Part shown: in pieces, positions 8,233 to 21,170 of the stretch
How the letters are laid out: each line of letters starts with the position of its first letter
How positions within the stretch are numbered: the stretch's first letter is position 1
Assembly: GCF_001457595.1 (NCBI RefSeq)
Contig: NZ_LN831039.1
Location: 3,270,001-3,302,000, forward strand
DNA length: 32,000 bases
From: Mycolicibacterium smegmatis
Lineage (GTDB): Bacteria; Actinomycetota; Actinomycetes; Mycobacteriales; Mycobacteriaceae
Direction: 5' to 3'
Position numbers and translations under genes: made by a program
The notes under the pieces: model-generated
What the model was told of the DNA's origin: nothing
Databases searched by the model: none
Seen by the model: the letters and a program-made list of their open reading frames with translations, nothing else

Positions 8233-8847
8233 TCAGGATTCGTCGGAAAACGGGTGGTCAGTGCCGACCGCCGGGGCCGGTTTGGGTTGCTGGCGGACCG
8301 ACGCCTCGACCAGGTCGAGAACGGCACTGAGGTTCTTGGAATCCTCGCCGGAGGCCAGGCGGGCCACCAGGCCGTCGAGCACGACGTCCAGATAGATGTG
8401 CAGCACCGCACTCGGCACGTCGTCGCGTAGCCGGCCGGCCTGCTTCTGGCGTCTCAGACGCTCGGTGGTGGCTGCGGTGAGCTCGGCCGAACGCTCGGCC
8501 CAGCCGCGGTGAAAGTCGGGATCGTTGCGGAGTTTTCGCGCGATCTCCAACCGTGTGGCCAGCCAGTCGTACTGTTCGGGTGCGGCGAGCAGGTCGCGCA
8601 TCACCTGGATGAGGCCCTCGCGCGCGGCGACCTCGGCCATGCGCTCGGCGTCCTCGCGCGCCAGCTCGAAGAACAAGGTGTCCTTGTCCTTGAAGTGATG
8701 GAAGATCGCGCCGCGCGACAGCCCGATGGTCTCTTCGAGCCGCCGCACGGTCGCGCTCTCGTATCCGTACTTGGCGAAGCACCGGCGGGCGCCGTCAAGG
8801 ATCTGACGGCGCCGCGCGGCCAGATGGTCGTCGGTCACCCGGGGCAC
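8233..8847 (-). CDS. acnR: TetR-family repressor, AcnR-type
   Basis: TetR N-terminal HTH ([28 protein letters not shown]). The gene lies 50 bp downstream of acn on the same strand, the arrangement conserved in corynebacteria and mycobacteria. GAGGAG precedes the GTG start. Confidence 0.88.
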   Translation of the reverse strand: MPRVTDDHLAARRRQILDGARRCFAKYGYESATVRRLEETIGLSRGAIFHHFKDKDTLFFELAREDAERMAEVAAREGLIQVMRDLLAAPEQYDWLATRLEIARKLRNDPDFHRGWAERSAELTAATTERLRRQKQAGRLRDDVPSAVLHIYLDVVLDGLVARLASGEDSKNLSAVLDLVEASVRQQPKPAPAVGTDHPFSDES

Positions 8848-8897
8848 GTGTTCACTCCTCGCAACCGACCTGTGTCACCGATCGTCTTACCGGTGCG

Positions 8898-11783
<2,886 letters not shown>

Positions 11784-11787
11784 CTAA

Positions 11788-11803
11788 CAGTACGCTTGTC
11801 CTG
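11788..11803 (-). promoter_or_regulatory. AcnR-type operator (imperfect inverted repeat) upstream of acn
   Basis: The minus strand reads CAGGACAAGCGTACTG. This matches every fixed position of the corynebacterial/mycobacterial AcnR motif as I recall it (CAGNACnnncGTACTG). It lies 59-74 nt upstream of the acn start codon. Confidence 0.6.
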
Positions 11804-11979
11804 CATAACGCCCAGGTCACGTCCAGTCTTCCCCTCTCGCACCCGCCCTGTCATCCCCGCGGGCCGTTCGCCGGAGATCGTCTGTCGGGCGTCGGTTTTC
11901 GGCCCGACCGGGTCCGGGGGCGTGGGCGCCGATACCGTTTCGATGCGGTGTCGGTTCCCGATGTCGCGCGATCACGGCG

Positions 11980-11985
11980 TACCGT
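11980..11985 (+). promoter_or_regulatory. Candidate -10 hexamer TACCGT for a leaderless transcript starting at GTG 11992
   Basis: TANNNT hexamer with a 6-nt spacer (gcccgt) before GTG 11992, placing it at -12..-7. There is no SD sequence. Confidence 0.4.
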
Positions 11986-11991
11986 GCCCGT

Positions 11992-12594
11992 GTGACCGGA
12001 CCGCATGTGATCCCGTTCCTGCCGGCCTACATCCCGGTGGAGATCTGCGACATCGCCGGAATCGACCCGGCCGTCCCGGACGCGGTCGCCCAGTGCATGG
12101 CGGCCGTGCAGGCCGATGTGCGCGAGGACGGCGTGAGCGCGCCGCCCGAGGCCGTCGAGGGCCTGCGTCAGGTGGTCGCCGACGCGCGCGAGGCCGGTAT
12201 CGACCTCAAGATCGTTGCGATCCCACGCAACCCCGTCATCGACACTCCGCTGCGCGACATCGCGACCGAGGTGGGGCAGGAGAACCCCGGGGCAACCGTG
12301 CTCGCGGTTAGCCCGTCATTCGCGGGCACGTACAGCACGTCTTTCGACCGGGTCACTCTGGAGGCCGGACAGGACGTCGCCAAGACCGGTGATCCCGTGC
12401 TGTCGGCGAACAATTTCCTCGCCGAGATACAGAAGCCCGATTTCCCCTGGATGACGCTCACGATCGTGCTCGTTCTCGGCGTCGCGGCAGCGGCCGCGCT
12501 CACGCGCGTATTACAGGTTCGCAGCAAAGCTTTGGCCTCTTCGGGTGAGCGTGACGGCCAATCTGTAGGCGACGCAACGTCAATCGAACATTAG
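11992..12594 (+). CDS. Conserved hypothetical membrane-anchored protein (Rv1476-like)
   Basis: 200 aa with a single C-terminal TM segment (WMTLTIVLVLGVAAAAALTRVL). It sits between acn and ripA, as Rv1476 does in M. tuberculosis. Confidence 0.75.
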   Translation: MTGPHVIPFLPAYIPVEICDIAGIDPAVPDAVAQCMAAVQADVREDGVSAPPEAVEGLRQVVADAREAGIDLKIVAIPRNPVIDTPLRDIATEVGQENPGATVLAVSPSFAGTYSTSFDRVTLEAGQDVAKTGDPVLSANNFLAEIQKPDFPWMTLTIVLVLGVAAAAALTRVLQVRSKALASSGERDGQSVGDATSIEH

Positions 12595-12798
12595 TTCGGA
12601 ATAACTCCGAATATCACCAATTGGTCACGATATTCTCAATTACAATTTTGTAATTTGTGACTAAAGTTTCTTTAGCGTCAGTTGTGACGTACGGTTCATT
12701 CGGTGCCAATTGTTGTAGATGAGCTTCGTGTGACTTCTGCGCAAGGTGCCTGGCAAATCTGCCGGTAGGCCGAGGCTGAGCCATAGGAGACCTGTCGA
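12595..12798 (+). promoter_or_regulatory. ripA upstream control region (AT-rich, multiple dyads, GTCACA-type boxes)
   Basis: Positions 12595-12720 are 80/126 = 63% A+T in an otherwise GC-rich window. Five dyads are present: TTCGGAataacTCCGAA 12595-12611, CCAATTGG 12617-12624, AATTACAAttTTGTAATT 12638-12655, CTAAAGtttCTTTAG 12661-12675 and CGTCAgttgTGACG 12676-12689. TGTGAC occurs at 12656-61, 12683-88 and 12729-34, and GTCACG at 12624-29. GGAGA precedes ATG 12799. Confidence 0.5.
12638..12655. promoter_or_regulatory. 18-bp palindrome AATTACAA-TT-TTGTAATT (operator-like)
   Basis: Perfect 8-bp arms around a 2-bp centre, read directly from the sequence. It is followed by the tandem heptamers TTTGTAA and TTTGTGA at 12647-12660. 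Confidence 0.45.
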
Positions 12799-14292
12799 AT
12801 GAGACGTACCGTCCGCGCTCTGGCGACCCGTGTGCACGGTCGCGTGTGCGCCGTCCCACTCGTCGTCGGGATGCTTCTGGCAACGGCGCTGTACGGCGGG
12901 GGCCCCGCCGCCGCCGATCCGGCCGCTCCCGACAACCTCGCCACGCTCGTCGCGAAGGTCGCCTCTGCCGATCAGAAGCTGCAGGAACTCGGTGCGGCGA
13001 TCCAGACACAGCAGGAGACGGTCAACAAGGCGATCGTCGACGTCCAGGCCGCGCGTGACGCCGCGGCCGCGGCGCAGCGCGAACTTGAGGCCGGCCAACG
13101 CGGTGTCGCCGACGCCAACGCGGCCATCGAGGCCGCGCAGAAGCGCTTCGACTCGTTCGCGGCCGCGACCTACATGAACGGGCCGTCGCGGTCCTATCTC
13201 ACGGCGACCGATCCCGCCGACATCGTCAACACGACCGCCACCGGTCAGGCGCTCATCGCGAGCTCACAGCAGGTCATGGCCAAGCTGCAACGCGCGCGCA
13301 CCGAACAGGTGAACCGGGAATCCGCGGCGCGCCTGGCCAAGGAGAAGGCCGATCAGGCCGCACGCGACGCCGAGAGCAGCCAGGACAACGCCGTCGCCGC
13401 GCTCAAGCAGGCCCAGCAGACGTTCAACGCCCAGCAAGGTGAGCTGGAACGCCTGGCCGCCGAGCGGGCGGCCGCACAGGCCGAACTCGACTCGGTCCGC
13501 AAGGTCAGTGCGACCGGCAACGCGGCTCCCGCAGCGGCACCGGCGGCCGCACCCGCGCCGGCGGCCGCACCCGCGCCGGTGCCCAATTCGGCGCCCGCGC
13601 CGGTGCCTGGTGCACAGCCGAATCCCCAAGCCGCCGCCGGAAATTGGGACCGGGCCCCGTCCGGGCCGGCGCCGTCCGGGCAGAACTGGGCCGTGTGGGA
13701 CCCGACCCTGCCTGCGATCCCGAGCGCGTTCGTCAGCGGTGACCCCATCGCGATCATCAACGCCGTGCTCGGCATCGCGTCGACCTCGGCGCAGGTGACC
13801 GCGGACATGGGCCGTTCGTTCCTGCAGAAGCTCGGAATCCTGCCCACGCCCACCGGTTTCACCAACGGCGCCATTCCGCGGGTCTACGGCCGCGAGGCCG
13901 TCGAGTACGTGATCCGGCGCGGCATGTCGCAGATCGGTGTGCCCTACTCGTGGGGCGGCGGCAACGCGGCCGGCCCGAGCCGCGGCATCGACTCGGGTGC
14001 GGGCACCGTCGGCTTCGACTGCTCGGGTCTGATGCTCTACATGTTCGCCGGCGTCGGCATCAAGCTCGACCACTACTCGGGCTCCCAGTACAACGCGGGC
14101 CGCAAGATCCCGTCGTCGCAGATGCGCCGCGGCGACATGATCTTCTACGGCCCGAACGCAAGCCAGCACGTCGCGATGTATCTGGGCAACGGGCAGATGC
14201 TCGAGGCCCCTTACACCGGCTCGCACGTGAAAGTCTCGCCGGTGCGTACCAGCGGTATGACCCCGTACGTCACCCGGCTCATCGAATACTGA
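12799..14292 (+). CDS. ripA: Peptidoglycan endopeptidase RipA (NlpC/P60 with N-terminal coiled coil)
   Basis: The protein has an N-terminal signal/TM segment, a long Ala/Gln/Glu-rich coiled-coil region and a Pro/Ala linker. The C-terminal NlpC/P60 domain carries the catalytic Cys in GFDCSGLMLYMF and His in QHVAMYLG. Synteny matches Rv1477. Confidence 0.93.
   Translation: MRRTVRALATRVHGRVCAVPLVVGMLLATALYGGGPAAADPAAPDNLATLVAKVASADQKLQELGAAIQTQQETVNKAIVDVQAARDAAAAAQRELEAGQRGVADANAAIEAAQKRFDSFAAATYMNGPSRSYLTATDPADIVNTTATGQALIASSQQVMAKLQRARTEQVNRESAARLAKEKADQAARDAESSQDNAVAALKQAQQTFNAQQGELERLAAERAAAQAELDSVRKVSATGNAAPAAAPAAAPAPAAAPAPVPNSAPAPVPGAQPNPQAAAGNWDRAPSGPAPSGQNWAVWDPTLPAIPSAFVSGDPIAIINAVLGIASTSAQVTADMGRSFLQKLGILPTPTGFTNGAIPRVYGREAVEYVIRRGMSQIGVPYSWGGGNAAGPSRGIDSGAGTVGFDCSGLMLYMFAGVGIKLDHYSGSQYNAGRKIPSSQMRRGDMIFYGPNASQHVAMYLGNGQMLEAPYTGSHVKVSPVRTSGMTPYVTRLIEY
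13540..13575 (+). repeat. Perfect 18-bp tandem duplication (ccggcggccgcacccgcg x2) in the RipA Pro/Ala linker
   Basis: Two identical in-frame units at 13540-13557 and 13558-13575, each encoding PAAAPA. They are followed by a partial third unit (ccgg). Confidence 0.9.
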
Positions 14293-14302
14293 TGGGATTA
14301 CT

Positions 14303-15001
14303 TTGCGCTCCTTGGTCTTACGCGCCCTGATCGCTGTCGTCGCGGTCGCCTTCGCCGCGGTCGGTCTCGTGGCACCCGCCGGTGCCGCGCCCGAGGACGG
14401 ACAGTGGGATCCGACGCTGCCCAAGCTGATCAGCGCGGGAGCGCCCGGTGACCCGCTGGCGATCGCCAACGCGTCGCTGGAGGCCACCGCGCAGGCCACC
14501 CAGGTCACGATGGGCCTCGGTCGCAAGTTCCTCGCGAGTCTCGGTCTGGTCGAGGACACCCCGGCCGCGGCGGGCGTGGCACCGGGGCGCGTGCGGGGTC
14601 CGCAGGCCATCGAATACGTGATCCGTCGCGGCGGCACGCAGATGGGCGTGCCCTATTCATGGGGCGGCGGCAAGCCGAACGGCCCGAGTCGCGGTATCGA
14701 CTCCGGCGCGAACACCGTGGGCTTCGACTGCTCGGGTTTCACGCAGTTCTCGTTCGCCGGGGTCGGCGTGCTGATCCCCAAGTACTCGGGGGACCAGTAC
14801 AACACCGGCCGGAAGGTGCCGGTCAACCAGGCCAAGCGTGGCGACCTGCTGTTCTGGGGGCCCGGCGGCAGTCAGCACGTGGCCCTGTATCTGGGCGGCG
14901 GAAAGATGCTCGAGGCGTCCGGTAGCGCGGGCAAGGTGACCGTGAGCCCGGTGCGGATGTCGGGTCTGCAGCCGTACGCCGCCCGCATCATCGAATCCTG
15001 A
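14303..15001 (+). CDS. ripB: Peptidoglycan endopeptidase RipB (NlpC/P60)
   Basis: Signal peptide MRSLVLRALIAVVAVAFAAVGLVAPAGA. NlpC/P60 domain with GFDCSGFTQFSF and QHVALYLG. The TTG start lies 10 nt after the ripA stop. Confidence 0.9.
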   Translation: MRSLVLRALIAVVAVAFAAVGLVAPAGAAPEDGQWDPTLPKLISAGAPGDPLAIANASLEATAQATQVTMGLGRKFLASLGLVEDTPAAAGVAPGRVRGPQAIEYVIRRGGTQMGVPYSWGGGKPNGPSRGIDSGANTVGFDCSGFTQFSFAGVGVLIPKYSGDQYNTGRKVPVNQAKRGDLLFWGPGGSQHVALYLGGGKMLEASGSAGKVTVSPVRMSGLQPYAARIIES

Positions 15002-15063
15002 GGGGAAGCTGAGCAGTTATGGCCAGCGTCGACGGATCTCGAGGTGCCTGGAATAGTTGACGT

Positions 15064-15081
15064 CGGGCAGGTGAGTGCCCG
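15064..15081 (+). terminator. Hairpin CGGGCA-ggtgag-TGCCCG downstream of ripB
   Basis: Perfect 6-bp stem with a 6-nt loop, 63 nt after the ripB stop. There is no U-tract, so this is weak evidence. Confidence 0.25.
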
Positions 15082-15193
15082 GTTACGACCAGCTGTTCGC
15101 CGAAGCCGGTTGCGGAGCGCCTTGGTGGCTGTGACGCACGTGCGACGGCGGCAGCGGACGTAGACAACGCAGACGACACTGTGGAGGAAGTTG

Positions 15194-16357
15194 ATGACGT
15201 CACCGAGTGGACCGCCGCAGGGCGCCGGAGGCTACCCCGGTTCGACCCCCGCGTCGGGCTTTCCGCCCGGGCCGACCGGCGCTCACGCCGCGCAGGCTAC
15301 GCCGCAGCCCGTGAACAACGGCGGTCTGCAGGCCGAGGTGCACACCCTGGAGCGCGCGATCTTCGAGGTCAAGCGCATCATCGTGGGTCAGGACCAACTC
15401 GTCGAGCGCATGCTCGTCGGCCTGCTGGCCAAGGGCCACGTCCTGCTCGAAGGTGTGCCTGGCGTCGCGAAGACGCTCGCGGTCGAGACGTTCGCGAAGG
15501 TCGTCGGCGGCACGTTCGCACGCATCCAGTTCACGCCCGACCTGGTGCCCACCGACATCGTCGGCACACGCATCTACCGGCAGGGCAAGGAGGAGTTCGA
15601 GATCGAACTCGGCCCGGCCGTGGTCAACTTCCTGCTCGCCGACGAGATCAACCGCGCGCCGGCCAAGGTGCAGTCCGCGCTGTTGGAGATCATGGCCGAG
15701 CGCAAGATCTCGATCGGCGGCCAGACGTTCCCGCTGCCCAGCCCGTTCCTGGTGATGGCGACCCAGAACCCCATCGAGCAGGAGGGCGTGTACCAGCTGC
15801 CCGAGGCCCAGCGTGACCGCTTCCTGTTCAAGCTCAACGTCGACTACCCGTCGCCCGAGGAAGAGCGCGAGATCATCTACCGGATGGGCGTCAAGCCGCC
15901 GGAGCCCAAGCAGATCCTCACCACGGGCGATCTGCTGCGCCTGCAGGACGTCGCGGCCAACACCTTCGTGCACCACGCGCTGGTGGACTACGTGGTGCGC
16001 ATCGTGACGGCCACGCGTGAGCCCGAGAAGTTCGGCATGCCCGACGCCAAGGCGTGGATCGCCTACGGCGCGTCCCCGCGTGCCTCGCTCGGCATCATCT
16101 CCGCGGCGCGCGCGCTCGCACTGGTGCGCGGCCGCGACTACGTCATCCCGCAGGATGTCGTCGAGGTCATCCCGGACGTGCTGCGTCACCGCCTCGTGCT
16201 CACCTACGACGCGCTCGCCGACGAGATCTCCTCGGAGACCGTGGTCAACCGCATCCTGCAGACGGTCGCGCTGCCGCAAGTGAATGCGCTTCCGCAGCAA
16301 GGCCATTCGGTTCCGCCCGCCGTTCCCGCCGCAGCTGCCGCGGCCAGCGGTCGGTGA
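15194..16357 (+). CDS. moxR1: MoxR-family AAA+ ATPase
   Basis: Walker A is GVPGVAKT and Walker B is LLADEINR. The protein shows the MoxR-typical QNPIEQEGVYQLPEAQRDRF segment. GGAGGA at 15183-15188 favours ATG 15194 over the in-frame TTG 15191. Confidence 0.95.
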   Translation: MTSPSGPPQGAGGYPGSTPASGFPPGPTGAHAAQATPQPVNNGGLQAEVHTLERAIFEVKRIIVGQDQLVERMLVGLLAKGHVLLEGVPGVAKTLAVETFAKVVGGTFARIQFTPDLVPTDIVGTRIYRQGKEEFEIELGPAVVNFLLADEINRAPAKVQSALLEIMAERKISIGGQTFPLPSPFLVMATQNPIEQEGVYQLPEAQRDRFLFKLNVDYPSPEEEREIIYRMGVKPPEPKQILTTGDLLRLQDVAANTFVHHALVDYVVRIVTATREPEKFGMPDAKAWIAYGASPRASLGIISAARALALVRGRDYVIPQDVVEVIPDVLRHRLVLTYDALADEISSETVVNRILQTVALPQVNALPQQGHSVPPAVPAAAAAASGR

Positions 16358-17301
16358 GGCCGACAGCAGGCCGCACGGTCGACCTGCCATCGCTGCAACG
16401 CGGCGAGATCCGCGACCCCGCGCTCTCGGCCGCGCTGCGCAAGCTCGAGCTGACCGTCCGGCGCAAGCTCGACGGCGTGCTGCACGGCGACCACCTGGGT
16501 CTGCTGCCCGGCCCGGGTTCCGAACCGGGCGAGTCGCGGATGTACGAACCGGGCGACGATGTGCGCCGCATGGACTGGTCGGTGACGGCGCGCACGACGA
16601 CGCCGCACGTGCGGCAGATGATCGCCGACCGCGAGCTGGAGACCTGGCTGGTGGTCGACATGTCGGCGAGCCTCGACTTCGGCACCGCGGGCTGTGAGAA
16701 GCGCGACCTCGCCGTGGCGGCCGCCGCGGCCATCGCGTTCCTCAACAGCGGCGGAGGCAACCGGCTGGGTGCGGTGATCGCCAACGGCGACACCATGCGC
16801 CGGGTGCCCGCGCTGAGCGGCCGCATGCACGAACGTGAGCTGCTGCGGGCCATCGCGACCACCCCGAAGGCGCCGACCGGTGTGCGCGGCGATCTGGCCG
16901 CCGCGATCGACGCGCTGCGGCGCCCCGAACGGCGCCGCGGCATGGCCGTGATCATCAGCGACTTCCTCGGGCCCATCAACTGGATGCGCCCGCTGCGTGC
17001 CATCGCGGGCCGCCACGAGGTGCTCGGCATCGAGATCCTCGATCCGCGCGACGTCGAACTGCCCCCGGTGGGTGACGTGATCCTGCAGGACACCGAGACC
17101 GGTGTCACGCGCGAGTTCACCGTCGACGAGCAGTTGCGCCACGACTTCGAGCAGGCCGCGGCCGCGCACCGCGAGGAGGTGGCGCGCACGCTGCGTCGCT
17201 GTGGGGCACCGCTGCTGAGCCTGCGCACCGACCGTGACTGGATCGCCGACGTGATGCGGTTCGTGGCGAACCGCCGACGTGGGGCCCTCGCGGGCCGGTG
17301 A
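16354..17301 (+). CDS. DUF58 family protein (MoxR-associated)
   Basis: ORF 16054..17301 trimmed to GTG 16354, which overlaps the moxR1 stop codon as GTGA. The product is 315 aa, close to the ~317 aa I recall for Rv1480. It carries the DUF58-typical YEPGDDVRRMDWSVTAR segment. Confidence 0.88.
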   Translation: MRPTAGRTVDLPSLQRGEIRDPALSAALRKLELTVRRKLDGVLHGDHLGLLPGPGSEPGESRMYEPGDDVRRMDWSVTARTTTPHVRQMIADRELETWLVVDMSASLDFGTAGCEKRDLAVAAAAAIAFLNSGGGNRLGAVIANGDTMRRVPALSGRMHERELLRAIATTPKAPTGVRGDLAAAIDALRRPERRRGMAVIISDFLGPINWMRPLRAIAGRHEVLGIEILDPRDVELPPVGDVILQDTETGVTREFTVDEQLRHDFEQAAAAHREEVARTLRRCGAPLLSLRTDRDWIADVMRFVANRRRGALAGR

Positions 17302-17343
17302 GCTGACACGCCCGCGCGAACATGACATACGCAACCGAAATGA

Positions 17344-19251
<1,908 letters not shown>

Positions 19252-19298
19252 TCAAAAGCCCGGACACACAAGATTTCTCGCTCACAAGGAGTCACCAA

Positions 19299-20108
19299 AT
19301 GACAGGCCTACTCGAAGGCAAGCGCATCCTCGTCACGGGGATCATCACCGATTCGTCGATCGCGTTCCACATCGCCAAGGTCGCCCAGGAGGCTGGCGCC
19401 GAACTGGTGCTGACCGGTTTCGACCGCCTGAAGTTGGTCAAGCGCATCGCCGACCGCCTGCCCAAGCCGGCCCCGCTGCTGGAACTCGACGTGCAGAACG
19501 AGGAGCACCTGTCGACTCTGGCCGACCGGATCACCGCCGAGATCGGTGAGGGCAACAAGATCGACGGTGTGGTGCACTCGATCGGGTTCATGCCGCAGAG
19601 CGGTATGGGCATCAACCCGTTCTTCGACGCGCCGTACGAGGATGTGTCCAAGGGCATCCACATCTCGGCGTACTCGTACGCCTCGCTCGCCAAAGCCGTT
19701 CTGCCGATCATGAATCCGGGCGGCGGCATCGTCGGCATGGACTTCGACCCCACGCGCGCGATGCCGGCCTACAACTGGATGACCGTCGCCAAGAGCGCGC
19801 TCGAATCGGTCAACCGGTTCGTCGCGCGTGAGGCGGGCAAGGTGGGCGTGCGCTCGAATCTCGTTGCGGCAGGACCGATCCGCACGCTGGCGATGAGCGC
19901 AATCGTGGGCGGTGCGCTGGGCGACGAGGCCGGCCAGCAGATGCAGCTGCTCGAAGAGGGCTGGGATCAGCGCGCGCCGCTGGGCTGGAACATGAAGGAT
20001 CCGACGCCCGTCGCCAAGACCGTGTGCGCACTGCTGTCGGACTGGCTGCCGGCCACCACCGGCACCGTGATCTACGCCGACGGCGGCGCCAGCACGCAGC
20101 TGTTGTGA
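19299..20108 (+). CDS. inhA: NADH-dependent enoyl-ACP reductase InhA
   Basis: 269 aa beginning [26 protein letters not shown]. It contains the catalytic Y/K region ([13 protein letters not shown]). AAGGAG precedes the ATG. Confidence 0.98.
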   Translation: MTGLLEGKRILVTGIITDSSIAFHIAKVAQEAGAELVLTGFDRLKLVKRIADRLPKPAPLLELDVQNEEHLSTLADRITAEIGEGNKIDGVVHSIGFMPQSGMGINPFFDAPYEDVSKGIHISAYSYASLAKAVLPIMNPGGGIVGMDFDPTRAMPAYNWMTVAKSALESVNRFVAREAGKVGVRSNLVAAGPIRTLAMSAIVGGALGDEAGQQMQLLEEGWDQRAPLGWNMKDPTPVAKTVCALLSDWLPATTGTVIYADGGASTQLL

Positions 20109-20114
20109 TACGCC

Positions 20115-21137
20115 GTGTCGTTTGACGCCTTGCTGCTGCTGTCGTTCGGCGGGCCGGAAGCTCCCGAGCAGGTGATGCCGTTCTTGGAGAACGTCACCAG
20201 GGGCCGCGGAATCCCCAGGGAGCGGCTGGAATCGGTGGCCGAGCACTATCTGCACTTCGGCGGGGTGTCACCGATCAACGGCATCAACCGGGACCTGATC
20301 GTCGCGATCGAGGCCGAACTCGCCCGACGCGGCCGCAACCTTCCGGTCTACTTCGGCAACCGCAACTGGGAGCCGTACGTCGAAGACACTGTCAAGGCGA
20401 TGTCCGACAACGGAATCCGTCGTGCGGCGGTGTTCGCGACCTCGGCGTGGGGTGGGTACTCGGGATGCGCCCAGTACCAGGAGGACATCGCGCGTGGCCG
20501 GGCCGCCGCCGGGCCCGAGGCGCCGGAGCTGGTAAAGCTGCGCCAGTATTTCGACCACCCGCTGTTCGTCGAGATGTTCGCCGACGCCGTCGCCGACGCC
20601 GCGGCCACCCTGCCCGAGGAACTGCGGGACGAAGCGCGGCTGGTGTTCACCGCCCACTCCATCCCGCTGCGTGCCGCGTCGCGTTGCGGTGCAGATCTCT
20701 ACGAGCGGCAGGTGGGTTACGCCGCGCGGCTGGTCGCGGCCGCAGCCGGGTACCGCGAATACGACCAGGTATGGCAGTCCCGGTCCGGCCCGCCGCAGGT
20801 GCCGTGGCTCGAACCCGACGTCGGCGATCACCTTGAGGCGTTGGCGCGCAACGGCACCAGGGCGGTCATCGTGTGTCCCCTCGGCTTCGTCGCCGACCAC
20901 ATCGAGGTGGTGTGGGATCTGGACAACGAACTGGCCGAGCAGGCCGCCGAGGCAGGCATCGCGTTCGCGCGTGCCGCCACGCCCAACTCCCAGCCACGTT
21001 TTGCCCAACTTGTCGTCGACCTGATCGACGAAATGCTGCACGGACTTCCGCCACGCCGGGTCGAGGGGCCCGATCCGGTGCCCGCCTACGGCAGCAGTGT
21101 CAACGGCGCACCGTGCACGCCGGCCTGCTCGGCGTGA
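20115..21137 (+). CDS. hemH: Ferrochelatase (coproporphyrin ferrochelatase type)
   Basis: Ferrochelatase N-terminus ([13 protein letters not shown]) and the HSIP motif (FTAHSIPL) are present. The C-terminal tail has CTPAC cysteines. The GTG start lies 6 nt after the inhA stop, and synteny matches Rv1485. Confidence 0.95.
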   Translation: MSFDALLLLSFGGPEAPEQVMPFLENVTRGRGIPRERLESVAEHYLHFGGVSPINGINRDLIVAIEAELARRGRNLPVYFGNRNWEPYVEDTVKAMSDNGIRRAAVFATSAWGGYSGCAQYQEDIARGRAAAGPEAPELVKLRQYFDHPLFVEMFADAVADAAATLPEELRDEARLVFTAHSIPLRAASRCGADLYERQVGYAARLVAAAAGYREYDQVWQSRSGPPQVPWLEPDVGDHLEALARNGTRAVIVCPLGFVADHIEVVWDLDNELAEQAAEAGIAFARAATPNSQPRFAQLVVDLIDEMLHGLPPRRVEGPDPVPAYGSSVNGAPCTPACSA

Positions 21138-21170
21138 CCCGCCCCGGGCGCAGCGAGTCGGGCCGGGCGA

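Noticed and set aside
12690-12798. Possible c-di-AMP (ydaO-type) riboswitch in the ripA leader, since this class precedes cell-wall hydrolase genes in some actinobacteria
   Set aside because: I could not find the conserved ydaO core sequences as I remember them (for example the CAGCUAACCUCGUAAGCG-like segment or the paired GGGGA/ACCC elements). Only small generic hairpins are present. A covariance-model scan would settle this.
13264-14637. 457-aa ORF on the minus strand
   Set aside because: It is antisense to ripA and ripB, whose NlpC/P60 domains are unambiguous. The product is Arg/Gly/Pro-rich, so it is an artefact.
15019-15060. 13-codon uORF (MASVDGSRGAWNS) in the ripB-moxR1 gap, and a 4-codon uORF (MSFV, 12719-12733) in the ripA leader
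   Set aside because: Both are too short to evaluate from sequence alone, with no conservation or codon-bias evidence available. They would need ribosome profiling.
16054-16353. N-terminal extension of the DUF58 ORF overlapping moxR1
   Set aside because: The text is Arg-rich and out of frame relative to the real moxR1 reading frame. GTG 16354, in a GTGA overlap with the moxR1 stop, gives the expected length.
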